This document shows, piece by piece, positions 52,876 to 61,603 of a stretch of DNA of 64,000 nucleotides. The translations under genes and the position numbers were made by a program. The number at the start of each line of letters is the position of its first letter. Position 1 is the first letter of the stretch. The stretch is from the NCBI GenBank assembly GCA_963663385.2, contig CAXXXD010000002.1, positions 960,001 to 1,024,000 on the forward strand, written 5' to 3'. The notes beneath the pieces are model-generated. The model was not told the origin of the DNA and did not search any database. It saw only the letters and a list, made by a program, of their open reading frames with translations. This DNA is from Oceanispirochaeta sp. (lineage in GTDB: Bacteria > Spirochaetota > Spirochaetia > DSM-2461).

Positions 52876-53829
52876 ATGAATCCGCTTGTTTTCGATATTT
52901 ACAAAATGTCAGCCCATGACGGGCCGGGGATGAGAACAGTGATATTTCTGAAAGGCTGCCCCCTCAGATGCCGGTGGTGCCATAATCCGGAGAGCTTCCG
53001 TGCTTCTCCGGAAATCTGGGTCTATCCCGAGAGGTGTATCGGATGCGGCCAGTGCCTGGAGTCCTGCCCGGAAGGTGCTCTGTCATTTGATCAGAAGAAG
53101 CGGCCCCTGTTAAACCGGCAGCTCTGTACAGGCTGCGGCCTGTGCTCGGCTGTCTGTCCGGCAAAAGCCCTGGTTGATATAGGTAAATCCTGCTCAAAGG
53201 ACGAGCTTATGAAAATAATTCTGAGGGAAAAGACCTTTATGGATGAAACGGGCGGGGGCGTTACCTTTTCCGGCGGGGAGGCTCTTCTCTATCCCGGGTT
53301 TCTCAGTGAAATGCTGAAGGCCTGTAAAGAGGTCGGGGTTCATACGGCAGTGGATACCTGCGGGGCGGTTCCCTGGGAGAGCCTGGAAAAGGTTCTCCCT
53401 TTTACGGATCTTTTCCTCTATGATCTGAAAATACTGGATCCGCGGGAGCATAAAAAATATACGGGTCTGGGTAACAGGAGGATCCTGTCCAATCTGGAAA
53501 AGCTGAATCCTGTTCTCAGGCGGGAGAAGAAGACACTCTGGATCCGGACTCCCCTGATCCCGGGAGCTACGGACGGTACGGCTAACATCAGGGGCATTGC
53601 CGAATACATCAAAGCTAAACTGGTTCCTCTGCCTGAAAGGTGGGAACTGTGTGCTTTCAATCCTCTGGGCGAGGAGAAATACAGACGGCTGGATCTGCCA
53701 TGGGAGTATAAGAGGGGGTTCATGCTGGAGCAGAAAGCGGCAGACTCCCTTCTGCATACGGCAGGAGAGGTTTTCAGAGGAGCGGGTGAAGCCGGAATTG
53801 TCCGGCTTACAGGTCTGACTGCCTCCTGA
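52876..53829 (+). CDS. Glycyl radical enzyme activating enzyme (radical SAM with ferredoxin insert)
   Basis: HDGPGMRTVIFLKGCPLRCRWCHNPES, two CxxCxxCxxxCP motifs, GGVTFSGGE. Confidence 0.93.
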   Translation: MNPLVFDIYKMSAHDGPGMRTVIFLKGCPLRCRWCHNPESFRASPEIWVYPERCIGCGQCLESCPEGALSFDQKKRPLLNRQLCTGCGLCSAVCPAKALVDIGKSCSKDELMKIILREKTFMDETGGGVTFSGGEALLYPGFLSEMLKACKEVGVHTAVDTCGAVPWESLEKVLPFTDLFLYDLKILDPREHKKYTGLGNRRILSNLEKLNPVLRREKKTLWIRTPLIPGATDGTANIRGIAEYIKAKLVPLPERWELCAFNPLGEEKYRRLDLPWEYKRGFMLEQKAADSLLHTAGEVFRGAGEAGIVRLTGLTAS

Positions 53830-55465
53830 GGGATTCCTGGTATTCAACAGGAGTTATCCCCATGGCCTTGTGGAAGTTTCTGAAAAAGTAACTCCTGCTG
53901 GTGAAGCCTACGGCAATCCCGACCTGTCCCGCATTCAGGGAACTGGTTTTAAACATATGACAGGCTCTGTCTATACGTGTCCTGTTCAGGTAGAAGGAAA
54001 AGGACTCTCCCGCTTCTTCCCTGAACAGCTTCCCCAGATAGGAAGCACTCATCTGGAACTGCTGGGACAGGGTTTTCAGTGAGAGCGGCGCCGAGTAATT
54101 CTGATCTACATAATTGATCAGTCTGCGGGCAATGCTGCTGTCAGAACGTTGTATCAGTTCTTCAGAAATCGCCAGAGACAATTTCCGCAGCCAGTCTATT
54201 AGATCTTCCGGAGATTTCTGTTTAAACAGCTGTCTATGAAGGTTCGCATATCCTCCGGTTAGACTCTCCTTATCCAGTTCCTCCTTTTTAACAAGCGAGA
54301 GAAGATCGGAAAGAATTTCAATCAAAAACCCGATACAGTACTCCCTGTCTGCTGCAGGGTGGTTGGTATAATCCATGAGCAGTCTGTTAAAAAAGTGACT
54401 GATAAGGGTTGTACTCCCTTCTATAATACCGCATATCAGATCATCTGTTTCAATTTCCCCGAAAGGCGTGTCTTCCCTTACAAAGCGGTCAAGGGATGCC
54501 TTGTCAATTATCCGTACGGGCAGGTAGGTAATCGGTTCAATCTCCAGGCCGTTGAACCAGTCTACAGCTGTTTTAACGGGCAGGGTTCCGTCCTGAACAG
54601 GATCCTGCCAGGTTATGGCATTCAGGCTGCCGTTTCGCAAAAGGGCAATCCCAACGGGTGTGCTCCCGTTGGCAACCCGGATCAGATCGGCTCTGCCATA
54701 CCGCGCCAGAGCATCGTTTATGCCCAACTGGCTTGTATTGTCATCCGCACTGATAATTCCCTTCAGTTTCGTTCCGTGTTTTACAAGCCAGGACAGCACC
54801 ATGTCGCATGTTTTCTGTCTGTTCAGCCCGGCCGAAGCCATTTCAAGCAGCTTCATACCCGGAGCACATTCCGCGAGTTCCGTTATGGCTCCCCATGCCC
54901 TGGCGTAATAGGGGGAGGTCCCCGGCAGGTGGGTAACAATGGCATAGCCGCCTTCATGGTTCATCAAACGGGCAAAGTGCCGGCTCAACTGCCTGGTCTG
55001 TTCCCAGTCATCCGGACCGGTCCAGGAGAGGATGTAGGGAAAACCGTCATCCTCCGGGAGCATATTGCTTGCAATGACAGCTATGCCGGCTTCATAGAGT
55101 CGTCTGTACAGGTAGGAACTGTCTTCATTGCTTTCCGGCATCAGTATAACAATGTCAGGCTTATCTTCGATAATGGCTTCAACCTGCTGATCCTGGAGTT
55201 CCGGATCCCACCCGGCATTGTAGATACTCAGCACCATTCCCTTTTTTAATGCCGCCTCACGGAGTCCCCGTATATATTCTCTCTGATAGGGGTGATCTCC
55301 CGCCAGCAGGGCAGCTATCCGTTTCCCCTCCGGTCCTGTTTCAGGGGGAGGCGGCTGCCTTTTTTTTCCGATATGCCAACCGGCATATTCCTTGTCATAC
55401 CAGTGTTCAGGCCTGGTTTTCGGGTATTCAGTCGGTTCTTCCGGACGGGGAGGGATGAATTTCAT
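53807..55465 (-). CDS. Sugar-binding-protein / AraC HTH fusion regulator (paralogue 1)
   Basis: Type I PBP domain (SWTGPDDW, GIISADD) plus C-terminal SYLGKLFREE.G.SF...VGF...YF AraC HTH; no signal peptide. Confidence 0.85.
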   Translation of the reverse strand: MKFIPPRPEEPTEYPKTRPEHWYDKEYAGWHIGKKRQPPPPETGPEGKRIAALLAGDHPYQREYIRGLREAALKKGMVLSIYNAGWDPELQDQQVEAIIEDKPDIVILMPESNEDSSYLYRRLYEAGIAVIASNMLPEDDGFPYILSWTGPDDWEQTRQLSRHFARLMNHEGGYAIVTHLPGTSPYYARAWGAITELAECAPGMKLLEMASAGLNRQKTCDMVLSWLVKHGTKLKGIISADDNTSQLGINDALARYGRADLIRVANGSTPVGIALLRNGSLNAITWQDPVQDGTLPVKTAVDWFNGLEIEPITYLPVRIIDKASLDRFVREDTPFGEIETDDLICGIIEGSTTLISHFFNRLLMDYTNHPAADREYCIGFLIEILSDLLSLVKKEELDKESLTGGYANLHRQLFKQKSPEDLIDWLRKLSLAISEELIQRSDSSIARRLINYVDQNYSAPLSLKTLSQQFQMSASYLGKLFREEAGESFSFYLNRTRIDRACHMFKTSSLNAGQVGIAVGFTSRSYFFRNFHKAMGITPVEYQESLRRQSDL

Positions 55466-55540
55466 GAAAGAAGTTTAGAGAGTGACCGCCCTTTTTGTCA
55501 AACAGCTTTTTTCAACTCCGGGAGCAGGGAGGAATAATAA

Positions 55541-55568
55541 TTGACAAATGGTAAAATTGTGATAAAAT
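55541..55568 (+). promoter_or_regulatory. Sigma70 promoter of the UroD-like gene, now upstream of the IS
   Basis: TTGACA-16 bp-TAAAAT with extended TG. Confidence 0.65.
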
Positions 55569-55676
55569 ATAGGTAAAATAAAAACAAAATTTTATCACAG
55601 TTTGTACGAAATGCTCACGGCCTGGTTATGCAAGCGGGCTTGAGAGTTTTTACAGGAGGAATGATAAAAAGTCTTC

Positions 55677-55860
55677 ATAGGCTTGTGGATTGATACAATG
55701 TTCTAAACATCGTTTAGAACAGCCAGGTTACTGTTCGCCATTTTTACTGGTCTCCGAGACCGTACAGGAGAATGAAGAGCCGTGACCGAAACATTCAATG
55801 GTCTTCGAGACCGGATAGGAGAATGGAATCAATTCACCGTACAGGCGCTGTTTTAGGCAA
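55677..55860 (+). ncRNA. Predicted IS110 bridge/seekRNA
   Basis: 5' hairpin 55699-55721; twin GGTCT-nCG-AGACC hairpins flanked by segments matching the target and donor; ends approximate. Confidence 0.75.
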
Positions 55861-55873
55861 TAGGAGCGAAGGT

Positions 55874-56986
55874 ATGAAGATGAGTATCGGAGTGGATCTG
55901 CACAAATCCCAGTTAACAGTCTGTTTCCTGAGTGATGATAGAAGCATTTGTGAATCAGGAATGTATCCGACCTCTGAGGACGGTTACAGAGCATTTCTTG
56001 AGAAAGCAGTGTCCTATACAGAAGAGGGCCTTGATGTTAGGGCTGCAGTGGAATCAACAGGAAATGCCCGGTTCTTCCGTAACAAGCTATTGCTAGCAGG
56101 GATTGAGGTGGTGGTTGTGAATACACTGAAATTCAAAGTTGTAAATGAATCAGTGAAAAAGACGGATAAGCATGATGCCAGAACTCTAGCAGAGTTCTTG
56201 GAAAAAGATATGCTTCCCGAATCACAGCTTTGTTCTCAGGAGAGTGAGGATATCCGTAGAGTTCTTAAATCCAGAACTATCCTTGTTAAATCAGTCGTAT
56301 CTTTGAAGAATCAGGTTCACGGACTGCTTCTAGGGTATGGAATTGAAACAAAAAGAGCTGCGCTGCAGAGTAAAAAAGAAAGGCAGCGCATCCTCATCGG
56401 TCTCGTGGACCATAGGAGTTTCGGAAGCGCTGCCAAAGCGATAGAACCGCTGCTTTCTACGATAGATCAGGTTTCGAACCAGGTCAAGCAGTTAGAGAAA
56501 GTCCTGCTGGAACTTGTAAAGGAAGATGAGGATGTACAGTTATTGCAGACGATCCCGGGAGTCGGATTGATAACGGCATCGACTATTAGGGCCTATACGG
56601 ATGATATCAAGCGGTACGCCAGTGCCAAGAAGTATTCGGCTTATGCCGGTCTTGTACCATGGGTGCAGAACTCCAATGAGACGATTCATCATGGGCATAT
56701 AACAAAGAGAGGGGCTGTAGAACTGAGAACGGCATTTGTTCAGTGTGTTATGGGAATGGTTAGAACTCGGAAAACGACTGGCAATTACCGTATCATGACG
56801 AAGTACAGAGCGATGAAGAAGAACAAGGGCAGCGGCACGAGTATTATCGCCTCTGCAAGAAAGATGAGTACGGTAGTGTACTCCATATTGAAAACCCGTG
56901 AACCCTTTGATCCGTTGAAGATGGTTCCGGATGATAAGTACTTGAAGATGCAGGCGGCTGCATTCAATGCCGTAAAAACTGGGTAA
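55874..56986 (+). CDS. IS110 DEDD transposase/recombinase
   Basis: IGVDLHK (D), AVEST (E), KTDKHDA (DD), LQTIPGVG, YAGLVPWVQNS (Ser); AGGAG SD at 55862. Confidence 0.95.
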   Translation: MKMSIGVDLHKSQLTVCFLSDDRSICESGMYPTSEDGYRAFLEKAVSYTEEGLDVRAAVESTGNARFFRNKLLLAGIEVVVVNTLKFKVVNESVKKTDKHDARTLAEFLEKDMLPESQLCSQESEDIRRVLKSRTILVKSVVSLKNQVHGLLLGYGIETKRAALQSKKERQRILIGLVDHRSFGSAAKAIEPLLSTIDQVSNQVKQLEKVLLELVKEDEDVQLLQTIPGVGLITASTIRAYTDDIKRYASAKKYSAYAGLVPWVQNSNETIHHGHITKRGAVELRTAFVQCVMGMVRTRKTTGNYRIMTKYRAMKKNKGSGTSIIASARKMSTVVYSILKTREPFDPLKMVPDDKYLKMQAAAFNAVKTG

Positions 56987-57046
56987 TCCGGTTCAATTGT
57001 AAGCTTGTTAATAGGCTTATGATTGACTTTTTATAGGAGTAAAAAA

Positions 57047-58306
57047 ATGACTTCAAGAGAAAGAGTTCTGGCCTCTGTCAACCACAGGTCTCCCGATCGG
57101 GTTCCCATTGACCTCGGCGCTACTCCCAGTTCCGGGATATCGGCGGTGGCCCATAACAATCTGATTAAACATCTGGGCTGGGCGGATTCTCCCACCCGGA
57201 TCTACGATGTGGTGCAGCAGCTTGCCCAGCCTGATGAAAAGCTGATAGAGCTTCTGGGGGTGGATATTCTGGATATTGGCCGGACCTTCAATACGTCTCC
57301 CGAAGACTGGTATGAGATAGATCTTCAGAATGGGGGTAAAGCGCAGTACCCGGTCTGGTTTCGTCCTGTCAAAAATGAAAAAACCGGAGAGTGGGAGGCT
57401 TTTCACCGGACCAGCGGGCGAAAGATTGCGTCCATGCCCGACAGCGCCACCTTCTATGATCAGTCATACTTCCCCTGGGTGAACGGATACCCGGACAGCC
57501 GGCAGGGGATGGAAGATGCTCTGGATGAGGCAATGGACCATATCCTCTGGTCCCATCTTGTGCACAGTCCCTGGGACCATGCGGGAGATGCGGGTTTTTT
57601 TGATACCCTCAGAAGCAACACCCTTGCCCTGCGGAAATCCAGCGATAAAGCCCTGATGGTTGTAAACGGGTGCAACCTTTTTGAATGGGGCACCTTTCTC
57701 CGCCGTATGGATAACTTTCTGATGGACCTCTATGTGGAACAGGATAAAGTAGCCATGCTGATGGAGCTGCTCATGGAACGGCATATGAAGGGCCTTGCCA
57801 AAACCTGCGAAGCCGTGGGGGATACGGTTGATATTTTGCGTTTCGGTGATGATCTGGGTATGGATTCGGGGCCTTTTATGGGACTGGAAGTGTACCGGGA
57901 CCTTTTTCATGAACACCGTAAGACTCTCTGTTCCCATGTGCATCAGAACAGCAGCATGAAAACCTTTCTCCATACCTGCGGGTCCATGCATCAGTATATA
58001 CCCAGCCTGATAGAGGAGGGAATGGATATTATCAATCCCGTTCAGACCAACTGCCGGGATATGGAGGCGGATAAACTGAAAGAGGAATTCGGGAAGGATA
58101 TCGTTTTCTGGGGCGGCGGAATGGATCCCCGGGTAATTCTGAATACGGGAACCCCGGAACAGGTCCGGGAAGAGGTCCGGAAGCGTCTGGACGTATTTAC
58201 TCCCGGGGGCGGATATGTTTTCAACAATATTCATAATATTATGCCCGATGTGCCGCCGGAAAATATCCTGGCCATGTTTGAGGAAGTTCAGAAATATCAG
58301 CTGTAG
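57047..58306 (+). CDS. Uroporphyrinogen decarboxylase / MtaA-CmuA-like methyltransferase family protein
   Basis: MTSRERV...PDRVP, GDDLG, LHTCG, INPVQ, FWGGG, GGYVF..HNI..DVPPENI. Confidence 0.85.
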   Translation: MTSRERVLASVNHRSPDRVPIDLGATPSSGISAVAHNNLIKHLGWADSPTRIYDVVQQLAQPDEKLIELLGVDILDIGRTFNTSPEDWYEIDLQNGGKAQYPVWFRPVKNEKTGEWEAFHRTSGRKIASMPDSATFYDQSYFPWVNGYPDSRQGMEDALDEAMDHILWSHLVHSPWDHAGDAGFFDTLRSNTLALRKSSDKALMVVNGCNLFEWGTFLRRMDNFLMDLYVEQDKVAMLMELLMERHMKGLAKTCEAVGDTVDILRFGDDLGMDSGPFMGLEVYRDLFHEHRKTLCSHVHQNSSMKTFLHTCGSMHQYIPSLIEEGMDIINPVQTNCRDMEADKLKEEFGKDIVFWGGGMDPRVILNTGTPEQVREEVRKRLDVFTPGGGYVFNNIHNIMPDVPPENILAMFEEVQKYQL

Positions 58307-58328
58307 CAGGTATCTGGCAATCCAGGGC

Positions 58329-58357
58329 GTAGAGACAGGTTTTAAACCTGTCTCTAC
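58329..58357. repeat. GTAG-type REP-like palindrome between convergent genes
   Basis: GTAGAGACAGGTTT-T-AAACCTGTCTCTAC with perfect 14-bp arms. Confidence 0.6.
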
Positions 58358-58429
58358 TGTCCTCTGATTGCCATGGTTATTATTCCGGATGCATTTTCTC
58401 TATGCGTATAATCCCCGAATTGCGGTAAT

Positions 58430-59737
58430 TTACCGGCTGGCCGCTCTTTCTGCTTCTTCCATGGCTATTTTCTCCCAGTCCCACAGCCTTTCGGGTTTGT
58501 AGCTGACCGTGGAAATATCCTTCATGATCAATTCCACATGACACTGGCCTTCGGTTTCATCCAGAAACTCCCGGATCTGCCGCCTGGCTTCGTCCCTGTC
58601 CCAATCACTGGTGGCAAATACGGCCGGGTTGGGTTTTCGGCTGATCACATACTCATCCCGGATTTCAGCAATGGCTTTTTTCGTATTGTTCCAGGGGCTG
58701 CAGGAAATCTTCCGCAGGTTGGGGATCTTCCGCAGCTGTTCCATTTTACCGGCCAGGGGTTCACAGCAGCCGTAATAGGTCATACCCCAGCGCTCAAGCC
58801 ACCTTAAATCGTGTTCGATAGCAAAATCCCAGTGCATCTCAGGGGAAACATCCGAGAAAATCTGGGCATTGGAACAGCCCCACATATTGATTGGTTTTAC
58901 ATAATCCGGATCCGGATTCTCACCGGGCAGCTGTGATGTGTATCCGTAACCGCCGGATCCGATCCTTGTATTGTTGCAGTCCAGTGAGAGCAGGTTCTGT
59001 TCCACAAACTGATCCAGCTCCACCATCCAGGCATCAACCATGCGGTCTACCGCATCATGAACCATCCGGGGACGGAGGACCAGATCCATCATGGCCTCCT
59101 GAACACCCCACCAGCGGATCAGGTAGTCCCAGGGGGTAAACCAGATATGGGTCTGTCCCACCTCTTTTACAGGCATCAGGTCGCCAAAGAGGCTTTCCAT
59201 GGCATCCCTGCCGTAAGCGGTAGCCTCCCTGTTATGGGTTACGATGGGCATTTTGATTTTTTCTATATCCTCGGGATTGGATATCTGAATTTTGAAGTGA
59301 CGGGAGACAATATCATTGGCATCATCCGTTCTGGCAATATCTGTCTCTTCCAGAATACCGAAATCGGTGCTGTGAATAACCTTGGGACATTCAAACCAGG
59401 GGTTTACAACCATATCTCCCCGCATATGCTCCCACTGGTAGATGGTCTTTCTCATCTGATCTTCCATATTCCGGGCCCATGTTCCCTTGCAGCGAAGGGT
59501 CAGCTCATCATTCACATTCATCTCGTGCCAGGGAATCTCATTGATCCAGACCATGGGTCTCCGGGATTTCAGGTCATTCAGATCTGTCCAGAGAGCGGCT
59601 TTCTCTTTATGAACAGGATCCGAGGCAATTGCCGTGATTTTCTCACCAAGTTCCCTGAGTATGCATTTTTCTGTGTTGTCCAAAACTATCGGTTCAGCCA
59701 CCGGGGCGGCTTCTCTATGGCTGGGGTCATGCAGCAT
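58430..59737 (-). CDS. Uncharacterised protein, distant UroD/MetE-like barrel
   Basis: WGVQEAMMDL, VSPEMH..F, YYGCCEPL, RKISCSPW, SRKPNP, ELIMKD; AAGGAG SD. Confidence 0.65.
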   Translation of the reverse strand: MLHDPSHREAAPVAEPIVLDNTEKCILRELGEKITAIASDPVHKEKAALWTDLNDLKSRRPMVWINEIPWHEMNVNDELTLRCKGTWARNMEDQMRKTIYQWEHMRGDMVVNPWFECPKVIHSTDFGILEETDIARTDDANDIVSRHFKIQISNPEDIEKIKMPIVTHNREATAYGRDAMESLFGDLMPVKEVGQTHIWFTPWDYLIRWWGVQEAMMDLVLRPRMVHDAVDRMVDAWMVELDQFVEQNLLSLDCNNTRIGSGGYGYTSQLPGENPDPDYVKPINMWGCSNAQIFSDVSPEMHWDFAIEHDLRWLERWGMTYYGCCEPLAGKMEQLRKIPNLRKISCSPWNNTKKAIAEIRDEYVISRKPNPAVFATSDWDRDEARRQIREFLDETEGQCHVELIMKDISTVSYKPERLWDWEKIAMEEAERAASR

Positions 59738-59857
59738 ATTCTGCTCCTTTTCTGATTACAGGATATTCTATAATTCATTCCTGAACCGGCAGGGAGCAAG
59801 AGGCTGTCGAAATAGTTATAGGGAATTTATTACTTTTTATAGATAAATGTAATTATC

Positions 59858-61555
59858 TTATGATTTTTTTAGACTCTCCATAAAATCCCCGGGATTTATC
59901 CCCTTATATTTTTTAAACAGGCTGAAAAAATAGTTGGGGTTGGAATAGCCCACCTTGACGGCAATCTGTGACGCCGTCAAGCCCCCCGCATACATCAGTT
60001 TTTCAGCCTCCTCCATTCGCTGCCGGTTCAGCCAGGAGGCAAAAGAGAAGCCTGTTTCCTCTCTGAACAGTTTTCCCAGGTAGGGGGAGGATATATTAAA
60101 GCGAAAAGCCAGGGTTTTGAGAGAAAGGGGTTCCGCATAGTGGGTTTCCGCATAGTTTACAATCTGCTGAATCAGGCTGGTATGCCGGTTCCGCTTCCGT
60201 GAGAGATAGTGAATAATCTGCAGGGCTACTTCCTGAAGCCATCCGAGTGTCTTTTCCATACTTGGCTGCTGAAAAAGTTTTTTAAATAGGGTCTCATAGC
60301 TGCCGATTATCTCCTCAGCGGGAAGATCGAGTGTTTTTACAATATTCAGAAGACTGGATAGAACCTGAATGGAGTAACCCCTGAAATAATCCATTGTCAT
60401 ACTGCTGTCCCGGGAAAAATCCTGTTCCACTTTCCTGAAATAGTCAAAGACATCACTGCTGCGGCATTCCATAACAGTCTGGAACAGGATATCCGGAGAT
60501 GTATCTGATGTATCAACCGGTTCGCTGAATAGCTGGCTTATATTGGATCTGTCCAGCAGACGTTTGGGAAGCGTGTTCATAAGAGGGGTTTCCAACCCGT
60601 TGAACCAGTCCACGGCAACCCGGATCGGCAGGGCCCCGTCCTGTTCCGGCAGCTGGAAGGTTATGGCTTTCAGGGAGCCCTCCTGAATCAGCCGTATTCC
60701 CGTAGGGGTGCTGCCGTTGGCAACCCGGATAATATCCTCTCTCTTCTCTTCCCTCAGGGCTTCATTGATCCCCAGTTGGGTGACATTATCATCAGCGCTG
60801 ATAATGCCTTTAAGCTCGGTCCCGTAACGGTTCAGCCATTCCTTTACCAGCTGGCAGGTTTTTTCCCTGTTGAGATCTGTTGAGGCCATCTCCAGAAGCT
60901 TCATTTCCGGAGCATATTTTTTTAATTCCGTAATGGCGGACCAGCTCCGGGCATAATAGGCGGAGGTCTCTTCCCGATGGCAGACTATGGCGTAACTCCC
61001 TTCATGGTTCATCTCTTCGGCAAATCGGCGGGAGAGCAGACGGAACTGTCCCCAGTCGTCGGGACCGGTCCACCCGAGAATATAGGGGAAGCTTTTATCA
61101 AGGGGCAAGAAATTTGAAGCAATCAGAGGGATGCCCGCCTTATAGATCTTCCGGATCATCTCATCGCTTGCCTCTCTGTTTTCGGCGCAGAGGATAATCA
61201 TATCCGGTTTCAGCTGAATGGCCCGTTCGACCTGTATCATCTGCAGATCCGTATCCCACTGGCTGTCATAGTAACTCAGATTAATGGAGTACTGTTCGGC
61301 AGCTTCAAACATCCCCCTCTGATATTCCCTGCTGTAGGGGTGGGATCCTGAACCGAGAGTAATTATACTTTTCCCTTTGGCCCCGTCAGCCGGGGAAAGG
61401 GGCTGTTTTTCCCTTTTTACATGACGTCCGGCATATTCCATATCAAACCAGTGCCTCTCATCATCCAGAGGGTAATCCTCCGGATGATCCGGGCGGGGAG
61501 GTATTTCCCGGGAATCGGTCTGCCAGAAAAGGGGTGATTCCGTGCTATAATGCAT
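59858..61555 (-). CDS. Sugar-binding-protein / AraC HTH fusion regulator (paralogue 2)
   Basis: GWTGPDDWGQ, GIISADD, C-terminal AraC HTH; start 61555 preferred over 61567. Confidence 0.85.
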   Translation of the reverse strand: MHYSTESPLFWQTDSREIPPRPDHPEDYPLDDERHWFDMEYAGRHVKREKQPLSPADGAKGKSIITLGSGSHPYSREYQRGMFEAAEQYSINLSYYDSQWDTDLQMIQVERAIQLKPDMIILCAENREASDEMIRKIYKAGIPLIASNFLPLDKSFPYILGWTGPDDWGQFRLLSRRFAEEMNHEGSYAIVCHREETSAYYARSWSAITELKKYAPEMKLLEMASTDLNREKTCQLVKEWLNRYGTELKGIISADDNVTQLGINEALREEKREDIIRVANGSTPTGIRLIQEGSLKAITFQLPEQDGALPIRVAVDWFNGLETPLMNTLPKRLLDRSNISQLFSEPVDTSDTSPDILFQTVMECRSSDVFDYFRKVEQDFSRDSSMTMDYFRGYSIQVLSSLLNIVKTLDLPAEEIIGSYETLFKKLFQQPSMEKTLGWLQEVALQIIHYLSRKRNRHTSLIQQIVNYAETHYAEPLSLKTLAFRFNISSPYLGKLFREETGFSFASWLNRQRMEEAEKLMYAGGLTASQIAVKVGYSNPNYFFSLFKKYKGINPGDFMESLKKS

Positions 61556-61603
61556 CTTCTTAAGCATAACTGTGATTTTCGGATAATGTAAAGGATATCA
61601 GTG

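Larger units (their letters stand above)
55659..57039 (+). mobile_element. IS110-family insertion sequence, apparently intact
   Basis: Sub-terminal inverted repeats ATAAAAAGTC (55664-55673) / GACTTTTTAT (57025-57034); AGGAG at both junctions; removing it restores TACAGGAGTAAAAAAATG. Confidence 0.88.

Noticed and set aside
55749..55825. Twin GGTCT..AGACC..AGGAGAATG repeats read as a mini-CRISPR array
   Set aside because: Only two units, no cas genes, and better explained as the two loops of a bridge RNA; no CRISPR array was seen anywhere in the window
55772..55873. N-terminal extension of the transposase in the ORF track
   Set aside because: It overlaps the predicted RNA; the SD at 55862 and the position of the IGVD motif favour a start at 55874
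55647..57039. 12-bp imperfect direct repeat read as a target-site duplication
   Set aside because: The right copy overlaps the element's own sub-terminal inverted repeat and has a mismatch; IS110 elements do not typically make TSDs
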